Shown here: positions 15,454 through 25,232 of the stretch, one piece after another | Layout: each line of letters starts with the position of its first letter | Position numbering within the stretch: position 1 is the first letter of the stretch | Program-made: the position numbers and the translations under genes | Virus record (IMG/VR): IMGVR_UViG_3300037478_000378 | Coordinates: 1-49,902 of that record | DNA from: a virus | Taxonomy: Duplodnaviria > Caudoviricetes | Length of the DNA stretch: 49,902 nt | Strand: one strand, 5' to 3' | Notes under the pieces: model-generated | Told to the model about the DNA's origin: nothing | Database searches by the model: none | What the model saw: the letters and a program-made list of their open reading frames with translations, nothing else

Positions 15454-15798
15454 ATGGCCGGACTGCTGAGACTGGACAGGCAGACGGTGGTACGGCGTGA
15501 ATCGGCACTGCAATTGCAGATTCAACGGGCGACCTACCGATGCAAGATTGCCGGCATCATGTGGCCGCTCGACGACGAGCACGACGGAACCCGGCCCACC
15601 TGGGTCTTGGGTGTCCCGATCTGCCCGGAGTGCGGCCAGACGGTCGACGACGGGGACAAACGGGCCGAGCTGGAGCGCGTGCCCTACGGACCAACTTGGG
15701 TGGTCTGCTACGGGTGCGATGCGGTGCTGGGCGAACTGGTGCCGCGGCCCGACACACGAGGAGGATCGAATGTCGCTTCGACGCAACAGACACCCTGA
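15454..15798 (+). CDS. Zinc-finger hypothetical protein
   Basis: CPEC...CYGC; AGGTGAG SD. Confidence 0.6.
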   Translation: MAGLLRLDRQTVVRRESALQLQIQRATYRCKIAGIMWPLDDEHDGTRPTWVLGVPICPECGQTVDDGDKRAELERVPYGPTWVVCYGCDAVLGELVPRPDTRGGSNVASTQQTP

Positions 15799-16324
15799 CG
15801 GGAAGGCCCTGCAGGCCGACAGGCGGCACGAGACGCGACAGGAGGCCCGAGCCCTGCTGGCAGCCAAACGTGCGCTCAGGGAGGCCGAGCGGGCGGCCAG
15901 AGCCATCCAAGCGGCCAAGCGGCGGGAGGCCCGGCGCCGCGAGCACGAGGACCAGCGGTATCTGGATCGGCTGCATGCCGACACCAGCCCACCAGGCGAA
16001 CCGCAGGAGCAGGCGGCGCGGCGTGCTAGAGGGTTGGCCGGACTGTCGATGGCCTTCTGGCCGATACTGGGACGGCAGCCCGTGTGCGCGCCGGCTGACA
16101 CCGAGACGGCCACGGTGTACCATCGGCGCATTCTGAGAGTGCTCGAGGAGGCCGGCTGGACCAAGAGCGAGCGGGCCGCGCTGCTCAAGATGGAAAAGGT
16201 GTGGGGGCAGCGTGCGCGCGGCGAGGAGCGCCGATTCATGGTGGCGGGGAATCGGCGCGGCCGGTTGCCCGAGTCGCTAGAGGCTCAGGTGAGAGCTGGG
16301 AAACAGGAGGACAAGCAATCATGA
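15770..16324 (+). CDS. Basic helical hypothetical protein
   Basis: GAGGAGG SD; MSLRRNRHPDG... Confidence 0.65.
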   Translation: MSLRRNRHPDGKALQADRRHETRQEARALLAAKRALREAERAARAIQAAKRREARRREHEDQRYLDRLHADTSPPGEPQEQAARRARGLAGLSMAFWPILGRQPVCAPADTETATVYHRRILRVLEEAGWTKSERAALLKMEKVWGQRARGEERRFMVAGNRRGRLPESLEAQVRAGKQEDKQS

Positions 16325-16509
16325 ACACAAAGAAAGCAGACGTGATGTCACCCCTGCGGGCCGTGCAGGCGCTGGATCGGATCTCGGGCAGCGATTGCGA
16401 GGAGGCGCACATCGAAGCCGATCGGGTCCTTCGGTGTGCCGTCGATCCGCGCGTGCGTGAGGCGTACGAGCGGCTTGTGCGGCGGACCGGGGGATGGTGG
16501 TACGCCTAG
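16321..16509 (+). CDS. Hypothetical protein
   Basis: AGGAGG SD; DCEEAHIEADRVL...WWYA. Confidence 0.65.
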   Translation: MNTKKADVMSPLRAVQALDRISGSDCEEAHIEADRVLRCAVDPRVREAYERLVRRTGGWWYA

Positions 16510-16555
16510 GTCAACGGGATATATCCCGCAGCCACATCGCGGCCTTCCTACCCCC

Positions 16556-16597
16556 TTGCACGCACGGCCCGACTTCGCCTATAGTCGGCCGTGCGTG
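16556..16597 (+). promoter_or_regulatory. Promoter of the replication operon embedded in an inverted repeat
   Basis: TTGCAC-18 nt-TATAGT; arms CACGCACGGC-c-CGACT/AGTCG-GCCGTGCGTG; perfect palindrome CGGGATATATCCCG at 16515-16528. Confidence 0.65.
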
Positions 16598-16651
16598 ATC
16601 GTCGCACCCAACACACCCACGATTCTCCGAACGCGCTGAGGGTACCGCCGC

Positions 16652-17224
16652 ATGTCGTACGATCCGGCTGATGATGATCCGGGCCAGTCGCCCGATGTGG
16701 TCTCCGGCTTGCCGCGCTACGAGCGCGACTACATCATTCCCGCCCAGGACGTCAAAGGGCATTCGATTCGGCTGTACTGCCGCGCGGCACCAACCGTCGC
16801 CCGGCTCATCGGTGAGATCATCGGGAGCAAGAAGTACCCGTTTCGCACGCAGGGCGATCTGATTCGCTGGTGCATCGTGCATGGGGCCAAGCGCCTCGCC
16901 GCCGGTCAACAGATCGCGCCCGGTGTCCTGATGCACATCGACGCGGCCAATGCCGTGCTGGCCGAGGAAGAATATCAACTCGCTTTCCGCGAGTTCTTCA
17001 ACCGCCTGCGTGCCGTAGTCGATCAATTCCTCGAACAGCACGCGAAGGGGGAAGCGCGGCGCGTGGTGAGTTTTGCGCGCGGCCACATCAGCCAAATGCC
17101 GGAAGGGTACTGGCGCGAACGGTATCTCAAAGAGCTGCTCGATCGGTACGGCGAACTGCTCGACGCCGAAGGGCAGGGCGCCAACATGCTGGGTGACGAG
17201 GGCGAGCAGGGAGGCGATACCTGA
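16652..17224 (+). CDS. Hypothetical protein, possibly an RHH-like regulator
   Basis: SIRLYCR...PFRTQGDLIRWCI pattern; first gene after the promoter. Confidence 0.6.
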   Translation: MSYDPADDDPGQSPDVVSGLPRYERDYIIPAQDVKGHSIRLYCRAAPTVARLIGEIIGSKKYPFRTQGDLIRWCIVHGAKRLAAGQQIAPGVLMHIDAANAVLAEEEYQLAFREFFNRLRAVVDQFLEQHAKGEARRVVSFARGHISQMPEGYWRERYLKELLDRYGELLDAEGQGANMLGDEGEQGGDT

Positions 17225-17718
17225 TGGATGCGTTGTACCGAAAGATCGGCAAGGCGGCGAGCCCGGCGATGGTGCGTGAGATGGTGCGGCGCGTGCGGGA
17301 AGTGCTGCACCCCCTTCATATCCACCAGTCCGGGGAGCTGGCGATGGTCCTGCTGGCCGTGGCGGCAACCGAGACGCAGGCGGCCAGCATTACCCCGGTG
17401 ACCGCGTGTCAGCTGGTGGCGGAAATCTACGGGAACGAGTTCGCGTCGGCCGATACCGATGACGATGAGGGCGAGGGCAGCAGTGCGGGCAGCGGCGAAC
17501 ACGCCACGACGCGCCCATGTCGGGATGCCCTGATGCTGACCGTCGTCCGCGTGCTCCGCGAGTCGGCCGGGCTGCGTGAGGTCTGGCAGGCGTGGGATCA
17601 GGATCAGCGGAATCGGGTTCGCCGAGCCCTGACTGTGGAGTTCGGGCTGCTCATCGGGAAGGCGTGCGCGGGACTGTGTGAGCAGATGCCCGACCCGGAC
17701 AGCGAGACGATTCACTAG
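17224..17718 (+). CDS. Hypothetical protein
   Basis: TGATG overlap; 164 aa. Confidence 0.65.
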   Translation: MDALYRKIGKAASPAMVREMVRRVREVLHPLHIHQSGELAMVLLAVAATETQAASITPVTACQLVAEIYGNEFASADTDDDEGEGSSAGSGEHATTRPCRDALMLTVVRVLRESAGLREVWQAWDQDQRNRVRRALTVEFGLLIGKACAGLCEQMPDPDSETIH

Positions 17719-17723
17719 CCCGC

Positions 17724-19370
17724 ATGACTGACCTGCTTCCCACCCCCGACGCGCTCGGGCTGCCGGCGGCATTCGACACCTGGCGCCCCGGCCAGTCCGA
17801 GGCCATCCTGCGCGCGATCGACAGCCCGAAGCGTCACCGTGCGCTCGTGCTGCCGACCGGGTTTGGGAAATCGCTGGTCTACATGACCATCCCTGCGCTC
17901 ACCAGTTGGAAGACCGTCATCCTCACCAGCACCAAGGCGCTGCAGCGGCAACTGATGGGCGACTTCGGCGAGGACGATCGGGTGCGACTGGTTGCCGGCC
18001 AGCGGGAGTACGCCTGTGTCGCCGTACAGGACGGCGGGCCGCTCGACATGCACTTCGGCATGCCGCACGCCGATCTCAAGGTTGATGAAGGCCCGTGCCA
18101 CTCCGGCGTCTCGTGCCCGCTGAAAGATTCGACCTGCCACTACTTTGCCGCCGTGCGTGAGGGTGCGGAGGCCGAGATCCTGATCACAAACTACGCCTGG
18201 TGGTTCGCGATTCAACAATCGCCGTTCGTACGCATCCAGCCGGACTTGTTGGTGCTGGACGAGGCCCATGCCGCCCCGGATGCGCTGGCGTCAGCCATCG
18301 GCGCTCGGCTCGTCATTCCCGAGACCCGCACGTTCCTCAGCAGCTATGCCGCCGGCCTCGCCTCCCGTGAGACCGACCCGAGCCACTGGGTGACGTGGGC
18401 GAACAAGGCGGCCGGTGAACTGCGCCGCCGGCTCGAGCACCACCCGACTGCCAATTCCCCCGGTGAGGCCCGCACCCATCGCCGCTTGCGTCACCTGGCG
18501 ACCGAGGTTGAGAAGATTGCCCGCTTGGACCCGGAGACGTTGATCATCACCGAGGAGCAGGATGGCGATGTGATGCGCTTCGACCCGATCTGGGCAGCCA
18601 CCTTCTCCGAACGCCACCTGTTCCGCGGGGTGCCGCGCGTCGTGCTGACGTCGGCGACGATGACCCGCCACACGGCCGACCTGCTCGGCGTGCTGGGCAA
18701 AGACCTGGACCTGTACGAGGCCGGCGAGGGGTTCGACGTCCGCCGCCGCCCGGTCTACATCGTGCCGGCTCGCGACGTCTTCGGGCAGCCCATTCGTGTC
18801 GACCATCGCATGTCGCCGATGGCCGAGAAGGCGTGGCTCCAGCACATCGACGCGATTGTGGAGAGCCGGCCCGACCGGAAGGGCATCATCCACACGGTGA
18901 GCTACCGGCGGCGCGATCAGATCCTCGCCGAATCACGATTTCGTCATCGACTGATGAGCCACGAGCGCCAGGACGCCAGTCAACAAATCGCAAGATTCAA
19001 GGCCGCGCCGCCCGGAACTGTGCTAGTATCACCCGCAGTCACGACGGGCTATGACTTTCCCTACGACGAATGCGAGTACCAGGTTCTCTGCAAGATTCCG
19101 TTCCCCGACAGCCGCGATCCGATCACGGCGGCGCGGACGGTGGTCGACAGCCGCTATCCGGCGCACCTGGCGATGCAGGGGTTGGTGCAGTCGATTGGCC
19201 GCGGCATGCGCGCGTCCGATGATCGCTGCGAGACGTTCATCGTCGATGCCCATGCGTACTGGTTTCTGGGTAGCAAGCACAAGGACTTGATGCCTGGCTG
19301 GTTTCGACGGGCGCTCCGTCGAACCGACGCACTCCCAGCGGCCCCGCCGCGCTTGGAGTCTGCACGTTGA
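17724..19370 (+). CDS. SF2 helicase, DinG/Rad3-like
   Basis: WRPGQ Q-motif, PTGFGKS, DEAH, TSAT, GYDFP, KIPFP, QSIGRGMR; Cys cluster compatible with Fe-S. Confidence 0.9.
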   Translation: MTDLLPTPDALGLPAAFDTWRPGQSEAILRAIDSPKRHRALVLPTGFGKSLVYMTIPALTSWKTVILTSTKALQRQLMGDFGEDDRVRLVAGQREYACVAVQDGGPLDMHFGMPHADLKVDEGPCHSGVSCPLKDSTCHYFAAVREGAEAEILITNYAWWFAIQQSPFVRIQPDLLVLDEAHAAPDALASAIGARLVIPETRTFLSSYAAGLASRETDPSHWVTWANKAAGELRRRLEHHPTANSPGEARTHRRLRHLATEVEKIARLDPETLIITEEQDGDVMRFDPIWAATFSERHLFRGVPRVVLTSATMTRHTADLLGVLGKDLDLYEAGEGFDVRRRPVYIVPARDVFGQPIRVDHRMSPMAEKAWLQHIDAIVESRPDRKGIIHTVSYRRRDQILAESRFRHRLMSHERQDASQQIARFKAAPPGTVLVSPAVTTGYDFPYDECEYQVLCKIPFPDSRDPITAARTVVDSRYPAHLAMQGLVQSIGRGMRASDDRCETFIVDAHAYWFLGSKHKDLMPGWFRRALRRTDALPAAPPRLESAR

Positions 19371-19394
19371 ACGGGCGGGTTGAGGAGTAGAACA

Positions 19395-20225
19395 ATGGCG
19401 AAGGAAGACGTGCAGAACGCGGCAAGCTGGGACCCCGAGAGTCACACCAGCGGCGGGTACCTCGACGATCGGGACTGCGAGATCATCGAGGCCAAGGTGG
19501 TCGAGTTCGACTACAACGGCGAGGCCGAGGAGCCGGTGTGTGCGCTGGCCGTGACCTTCAGGCCGGACGGCGGCGATGCGGGCGGCGACGACGACCGGAC
19601 GGAGTACTACTCGGTCGGCAAGCTGGCGCGGTTCACCCCCAGCGGCGACGGCAAGCGGGCCGTGCCCGTGTCAGCCGGGTCGAAGATCAACAACAAGAGC
19701 AAGGTGTCCCTGTTCATGCAGGCGGCCAAGACGGCAGGCATCGATGTCAGCAGCCCGGATGTCGGCTTCCTCGACGGCCTGAAGGTGCATGTGAACGTGG
19801 TGCCCGTGCCGTCGTTCAGGGGCAAGGATGGCGTGGAGGTCACGGGCAAGAACATCACCATCATCACCAAGCTGCTCGACGGCAAGGGCGACGGCAAGAA
19901 GGCCGCGCCGAAGGCGAACAAGCCGGCAGCCAAGACCGCCAGCAAGGCGGCGGCGAAGGCGAAGGCCGAGGACAGCGGCGAGGGCGGCGGCGACGATGGC
20001 GACGATGCGGTGTCCGAGAAGGCCGCGGAGATCGCCATGTCGGTCCTGGCCCAGAAGGACGGCAAGACGGCCAAGCTCGCGCTGCCGAATGCGGCGTTCA
20101 AGGCCATCAAGGACGCCAGCCTGCGCAACAAGGTCATCAAGCTGCTCGCCAGCGAGGCGTGGCTGGGCGCCGTGGATCGGCCGTGGTATTACGCCGATGG
20201 CGAGCTGAGTCTGGGTGGCGACTAG
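19395..20225 (+). CDS. Putative ssDNA-binding protein
   Basis: Beta-rich N-domain, K/A-rich linker, acidic patch; lies between helicase and nuclease. Confidence 0.5.
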   Translation: MAKEDVQNAASWDPESHTSGGYLDDRDCEIIEAKVVEFDYNGEAEEPVCALAVTFRPDGGDAGGDDDRTEYYSVGKLARFTPSGDGKRAVPVSAGSKINNKSKVSLFMQAAKTAGIDVSSPDVGFLDGLKVHVNVVPVPSFRGKDGVEVTGKNITIITKLLDGKGDGKKAAPKANKPAAKTASKAAAKAKAEDSGEGGGDDGDDAVSEKAAEIAMSVLAQKDGKTAKLALPNAAFKAIKDASLRNKVIKLLASEAWLGAVDRPWYYADGELSLGGD

Positions 20226-20284
20226 AGGGTAGGCGCTGACCCAGCAGAACCCCCAGCGGTGTCATGGCCGCGTTCCGTCGTGTG

Positions 20285-20320
20285 GGGACCGAGCGATGGG
20301 GATTCGGTCCCAACTCTTTC
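20285..20320 (+). terminator. Possible intrinsic terminator
   Basis: GGGACCGA/TCGGTCCC stem followed by a weak T tract. Confidence 0.4.
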
Positions 20321-20331
20321 GTGTGTGACGT

Positions 20332-20955
20332 ATGCAGATTGCCCGCCACCCCGGCTTGACCTTGAGGGATTTGGCCCCGCCCAGTGATCTGGAGCGGTCG
20401 CCCGGTCTCCACGTGACTCAGATCACGGGGCACATCCTCAAGGAGATGTACCCGCGGCGGTACGGCAAAGACATGGCCGCCGCCGACAGCGAGAACTACC
20501 AGGAGACCGGGTTCCTCTGGGAGGACATTCTGAGCCGCACGTTCGCGGATCGCGCCTCGCGCATTCCAGACGGGCTGGTGCGCTTCCGCCCGGACGAGCT
20601 GGTGAAGGATGGGATCGCCGGATCGCCCGACGCGATCGTGGTCGACCCGCGCAACGACCGGACGTGGGTGGAGGAGTACAAAGCCACGTGGAAGTCGGCG
20701 CGCGATCTGGACTATCCGACCCCCGGCGCCGGGCTGCTCGACGAGAAGTTCCTGGGCTACATCCTGCAGGGCAAGTCGTACTGCTACCTGGCCGACGTGC
20801 AGGAGCTGCACTTCTACATCCTGTTCGTCAATGGGGAGTACGGCAATCGCATGGTGCCCGAGGTGCGAGCGTACCGATTGCTCTTTTCGCAACAGGAGTT
20901 GGTGGAGCACTGGCAGATGCTGTGCAACACCGCAAGGAAGGAAGGGTGGATGTGA
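20332..20955 (+). CDS. PD-(D/E)XK (Cas4/RecB-like) exonuclease
   Basis: G-WE, GSPD, EEYKAT, Q-xxY motifs. Confidence 0.75.
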   Translation: MQIARHPGLTLRDLAPPSDLERSPGLHVTQITGHILKEMYPRRYGKDMAAADSENYQETGFLWEDILSRTFADRASRIPDGLVRFRPDELVKDGIAGSPDAIVVDPRNDRTWVEEYKATWKSARDLDYPTPGAGLLDEKFLGYILQGKSYCYLADVQELHFYILFVNGEYGNRMVPEVRAYRLLFSQQELVEHWQMLCNTARKEGWM

Positions 20956-21155
20956 TGGACGGCAAAGAGCTGGCGCACGTGTACGCGCTGGCGGTCGCCG
21001 CGATCTTGTTCTCGGCCGTGAGCATCGGCGGGTGCAACTATGGGCGGCAGGAAGTCGTCGATGCCGTCTGCGCATCCAGCGGCTACACCGGCGGCGGGTA
21101 CTGGGACGCGAAAGAGTCCCGCGTTTACTGCGACCTTCGGGAGGCATTGCGATGA
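20955..21155 (+). CDS. Small predicted lipoprotein
   Basis: Hydrophobic signal ending SIGG-C (lipobox-like). Confidence 0.5.
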   Translation: MDGKELAHVYALAVAAILFSAVSIGGCNYGRQEVVDAVCASSGYTGGGYWDAKESRVYCDLREALR

Positions 21156-22060
21156 GCCAAGGCTACCAGCCCCTGTTCGACAACGTCACGATCGTCGGCG
21201 ACGAGCCGAAGCGCCGCCGCGTCATCCTGGCGGTCGACGGTCCCGACAAGCACGGCAAGACCCACTTCGCGCTGACCGCGCCAAAACCCCTGCTCTATCT
21301 CGACTTCGACATGGGCAGCGAGGGCGTCGAAGGCGCCGACCATCCGCTCATCGTGCGCTCCGACCCGTTCACCTTCCGCCCGACCGAAGTGAGCTGGGAC
21401 GAGGAGTCGGAGGAGAAGCGGCAACGCGAGATCCAGAAGGCCGCCGAGCCGGTGTACGAGCGCTTCTACAAGACGTACCACAGCGGCCTGAACGACCCGA
21501 TGCTGCTCAGTCCAGATGGCCGGCCGCTCAAGGCCCGCACCATCGTCATCGACCCTGGCGGCGAGGCGTGGGAGCTGATGCGCTTCGTCGAGTTCGGCAA
21601 GCTCACCAAGGTCCTGCCGCACCACTACACGCAGGTCAACGCCGGGATGCGCGACCTGGTGCGCGCGGCGTACGAATCCGACGTGAATGTGATCTGGCTC
21701 CACGTGCTCGACGCGCAGTGGAAAGAGAACATGGAAGGCAAGGCGCGCAAGACATCGGTGATGGAGCGCGTCGGCTTCAAGCGCATGGCGAATCTGGTCC
21801 AGACCAACCTGCTGGCGTACCGCGTGCCCCCCGCCGGCCGCAAGATTCAGTGGCAGTGGGGCGAGGACGAGCCGTACGTGTTCGACGCCGAGCCCCGGGA
21901 GGACGAGGACGATCTGGGGTTCCGACTGCGGTTCGGCAACTCGCGCCACAACCCCGGACTGCAAGGCACCGAACTGGCGAACGACCAGATCACATTTGCC
22001 CAGGTGGCGATGATGCTCATGCCGGACAGTACGCCGGAAGACTGGGACGACCAGGCGTGA
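21152..22060 (+). CDS. AAA_24/Sak4-like ATPase (recombinase)
   Basis: GPDKHGKT Walker A, LYLDFD, TIVID Walker B, NVIWLH. Confidence 0.75.
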   Translation: MSQGYQPLFDNVTIVGDEPKRRRVILAVDGPDKHGKTHFALTAPKPLLYLDFDMGSEGVEGADHPLIVRSDPFTFRPTEVSWDEESEEKRQREIQKAAEPVYERFYKTYHSGLNDPMLLSPDGRPLKARTIVIDPGGEAWELMRFVEFGKLTKVLPHHYTQVNAGMRDLVRAAYESDVNVIWLHVLDAQWKENMEGKARKTSVMERVGFKRMANLVQTNLLAYRVPPAGRKIQWQWGEDEPYVFDAEPREDEDDLGFRLRFGNSRHNPGLQGTELANDQITFAQVAMMLMPDSTPEDWDDQA

Positions 22061-22806
22061 TCGCCGACGCGCCGTCCCTCATCCCGATCCTGGTCGATCG
22101 CCGCGTGGGGTCCGCCGATCTGTTCACACCCCTGCAACGGCGCCGCATCCCGGTCGAGCTCGTCACGCTGGAGTACGCCGACTTCGCGATCGTCACCGCC
22201 TCGCCGGCCGGCGATCCGATCCTAGTTGGTGTCGAGCGCAAGCGCATCCGCGACATGGTGCAGTCACTGCACTCCGGGCGGCTGGCCGGCCACCAGCTCC
22301 CCGGCCTCATCGCGCACTACACGCACCGCTGGATCGTGGTCGAAGGGGTCTGGCGCTGTGGCGACGACGGTCAGATCGAAGTGCCGATCGGCAAGGGGCG
22401 CTGGGACAGCATTCGCATGGATGCGGTCGGGCTCGAGCGGTACTTGCTCACCTTGGAGCTCAAGGGCGGCTGCGGCATCCGGCACACGCGATCGGCCGAA
22501 GACACCGCCACCTTTCTGGACGCGCTCCACGGCTGGTGGACGAAGAAGGCGTGGGGCCGGCACCGCTCGCATTTGACTTTACACAAGCCCCCCGACGTGG
22601 CACTATTCACCAAGCCGGGGCTGGTCGCGCGCCTCGCTGCTGAACTCCCCGGCGTCGGATTTGAACGGGCGGCAGCGGTGGCTCGCAAGTTTCGCACCCC
22701 ACTCGACATGCTCATCGCAGGAGAAGACGAATGGCGAACAGTCCCAGGGATCGGGAAGACGCTGGCGCGGCGGATCACGCAGGCGCTTCAGCAACCCGGC
22801 GGTTGA
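22057..22806 (+). CDS. ERCC4/XPF-family nuclease with HhH
   Basis: VDRR, ADF, VERKRIRD, GRL-Q; C-terminal VPGIGKTLARRI. Confidence 0.85.
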   Translation: MIADAPSLIPILVDRRVGSADLFTPLQRRRIPVELVTLEYADFAIVTASPAGDPILVGVERKRIRDMVQSLHSGRLAGHQLPGLIAHYTHRWIVVEGVWRCGDDGQIEVPIGKGRWDSIRMDAVGLERYLLTLELKGGCGIRHTRSAEDTATFLDALHGWWTKKAWGRHRSHLTLHKPPDVALFTKPGLVARLAAELPGVGFERAAAVARKFRTPLDMLIAGEDEWRTVPGIGKTLARRITQALQQPGG

Positions 22807-23150
22807 TGGTCCGCGAGTACGTCTGCTTCTGCGGATGGAAGACGCGGGAGGCCGATCGCATGCTCACCCACTGGTTCGACGAATGCCCGAAACGCGCACT
22901 GGGCAGCGATCGGCTGGTGCGGCTCATCGTCACGCCTGCCACGCGCAGCTACGAAGCCGACTACGATGGCGCGCTGCCCGACATGCAGCGGCTGGAGCGC
23001 ATCATCCGGCAGTTGCAGACGTTCAGCGAACTGCCTGTCCGGCGGGCTGTGTCGCCGGCTGATCTGCGAGAGCTGGAGAAGGCGGTCGGCCTCATCGACG
23101 CTATCGTGTTCGAGGAAATTGAGGAGGGTGCCCATGTCGATGAGGTCTAG
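22806..23150 (+). CDS. Hypothetical protein
   Basis: TGATG overlap; CFCG...H...C. Confidence 0.6.
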   Translation: MVREYVCFCGWKTREADRMLTHWFDECPKRALGSDRLVRLIVTPATRSYEADYDGALPDMQRLERIIRQLQTFSELPVRRAVSPADLRELEKAVGLIDAIVFEEIEEGAHVDEV

Positions 23151-24447
23151 GGTCTGTCCGGTGTGCAGCAAGACCAAGGTGATGAGCACGCGATCGACGC
23201 AGTGCGGCGATTGCTGGCGGACACGGGGCTCGCGCCAACCCGCCGCCCCCGCGAATCGTCTGAAGCCGTGCCCCGACCCGCTGAGCCGCGGCTGCACCAA
23301 CCAGATCAAGCAGTCCTACCAGCAGTGCAAAGACTGCTACAACGAGACCCGCGCCCGACAGCGCCAAGTCCCGGTTGAGCGCGCCGAGCGCCGACTGGCC
23401 GGGCAGGAAACGGACACCGACCGCATCGCCCGCGAGAACATCGAACTGCGCCAGGCGAATCAGCGCGCCCAGACCGTCATCAAGCAGTACGAGGCGCGGC
23501 AGTCCTTCGAGGATCGCATCCACAACCTGTTCGCCGACTCGCTCGCATCCCGGCCGTACGTCCCCACACTCAGCGCACGCCCGAAGATCACGAAGGGCAC
23601 CAAGGCCAAGGCGCACGAGATGCTGGTGCTGGTGAGCGATGCCCACTACCCGGAAGTGGTGGAAGCCGCGGCGACTGGGCTGACGTACAATTCGGCCGTC
23701 TGCCGCGCCCGCATCGAGCACATCCGCGACACGGTCATCCGGTACCGCGATCTCCGATCGTCGAGCTACCCGGTGCGCAAGCTCACCATCGGCGTCATCG
23801 GCGACATGCTCAGCGGCGACATCCACGACGAGCTGGAGATCACCAACGAGCAGCCGATGAGTCAGGCGTTGGCCGAGATGGGCGACATGTTGTTCGACTT
23901 CGGGTACACGCTGTCCACCGAGTTCCCGGACGTCGAGATGGTCGTCATGCCGGGCAATCACCCGCGCCTCACCAAGAAGCCACGCTACAAGCAGAAGTGG
24001 AACAACTGGGAGCACGTGCTGGGGCTCTATGTGCGCGCGCTGGCCGAGCAGGGCGGCTTCACGGTGCGCGTGCCGAAGGAGCTGGTCTACCGACATCGAA
24101 TCTTCGGCAAGGTGGTGGGGCTGAGTCACGGCGACGGCATCAAGAGCAATTCGTTCGCCGGCATCCCGTGGTACGCCATGAAGCAGCGACAGGACGCGCT
24201 GCAATCGCTGCTCCGCACGCTCGGCGAAGACCAGATCGACCTGCTGTGCTACGGGCACTTCCACCAGCTCATCTACCAGGAAGGGCAGGGCTGCGGCCTC
24301 ATCATCAACGGCTCCATCAAGGGCGGGGATGAGTACAGCATCGGCAGCCGGTACGCCAACCAGGAGCCCGTGCAGGCGCTGGTGACATTCCACCCCGAGC
24401 ACGGCATCACCGACGTCAGCCGGATCAACCTGGGGCAGGTGCAGTGA
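23134..24447 (+). CDS. Calcineurin-like metallophosphoesterase with N-terminal Zn fingers
   Basis: SDAH, GDMLSGDIH, PGNH, SHGD, GHFH motifs. Confidence 0.85.
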   Translation: MSMRSRVCPVCSKTKVMSTRSTQCGDCWRTRGSRQPAAPANRLKPCPDPLSRGCTNQIKQSYQQCKDCYNETRARQRQVPVERAERRLAGQETDTDRIARENIELRQANQRAQTVIKQYEARQSFEDRIHNLFADSLASRPYVPTLSARPKITKGTKAKAHEMLVLVSDAHYPEVVEAAATGLTYNSAVCRARIEHIRDTVIRYRDLRSSSYPVRKLTIGVIGDMLSGDIHDELEITNEQPMSQALAEMGDMLFDFGYTLSTEFPDVEMVVMPGNHPRLTKKPRYKQKWNNWEHVLGLYVRALAEQGGFTVRVPKELVYRHRIFGKVVGLSHGDGIKSNSFAGIPWYAMKQRQDALQSLLRTLGEDQIDLLCYGHFHQLIYQEGQGCGLIINGSIKGGDEYSIGSRYANQEPVQALVTFHPEHGITDVSRINLGQVQ

Positions 24448-24713
24448 GCGCCAAACCCCCACGCTTCACCAAGCGGCTCGAGCTGGTGACGGTGCGCTGG
24501 TTCGACGCGGGCAGCTCCCCGACGCTCGTCTTCGAGCCCCAGCGTGATCACCGGCCCGTGGTCATGGAGACGATCGGCTGGGTGCTGGTGCATGATGCGG
24601 CCGGGATCAGTGTCGCCACCGAACGGTTCTCTGAAGAAGGGGTCACGCATTACCGCGGCTGGAGCTTCGTTCCGGCTGGCATGATCGATCGTGTGCAGAA
24701 GGTGAGGAGCTGA
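24444..24713 (+). CDS. Conserved-looking phage hypothetical protein
   Basis: VRWFDA...ETIGW...VPAGMI. Confidence 0.65.
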   Translation: MSAKPPRFTKRLELVTVRWFDAGSSPTLVFEPQRDHRPVVMETIGWVLVHDAAGISVATERFSEEGVTHYRGWSFVPAGMIDRVQKVRS

Positions 24714-25048
24714 TGCGAGTCGTGTATGTCGCTGGGCCGTTTCGTGGTCCGAACGCTTGGGAAATCGAGCAGAACATCCGCCGGGCCGAGACGCTGGCCT
24801 TGGAGGTCTGGAAGCTGGGCTGCGCGGCGATCTGCCCGCACGCCAACACGCGCTTCTACCAGGGCGCCGCGCCCGATGAAGTCTGGCTGCAGGGCGATCT
24901 GGCGATCATCAAGCGGTGCGATGCGATCCTGCTCACACCGGATTGGGCGCGGTCAGTCGGCGCCACCGAGGAGAAGCGGTTTGCCGAATTGCACGACATC
25001 CCGGTACTGAAAGACCTGGAACACCTGAAAGCGTGGTTGCGCACGTAG
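24713..25048 (+). CDS. DUF4406/DUF1937-like nucleoside deoxyribosyltransferase-fold protein
   Basis: VYVAGPF, CPHAN, RCDAI, W-S-GA-EE. Confidence 0.75.
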   Translation: MRVVYVAGPFRGPNAWEIEQNIRRAETLALEVWKLGCAAICPHANTRFYQGAAPDEVWLQGDLAIIKRCDAILLTPDWARSVGATEEKRFAELHDIPVLKDLEHLKAWLRT

Positions 25049-25073
25049 CACGAATCGCGAGGAGGACACCCCG

Positions 25074-25229
25074 ATGCCCGCACTCCCCTTTGACGCCCTG
25101 TTCGGCGATGCGCTGGCTCTCCTGCTGGGTGGGGCGATGGTACTCTGCATCCTGGGCACGCTGGGCCTGATGTTCTATACCGTCTGGAAGGCCGGGCGCC
25201 AGATGGACGCGATGGACGAGGACGAGTGA
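25074..25229 (+). CDS. Small membrane protein (51 aa)
   Basis: GAGGAGG SD; one long hydrophobic helix; not in the ORF track. Confidence 0.6.
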   Translation: MPALPFDALFGDALALLLGGAMVLCILGTLGLMFYTVWKAGRQMDAMDEDE

Positions 25230-25232
25230 CCC

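Noticed and set aside
6600-16140. Apparent absence of CTCGAG sites around the island (restriction avoidance)
   Set aside because: Eye count only, few sites expected, and the gap does not match the island borders; needs a computed k-mer test
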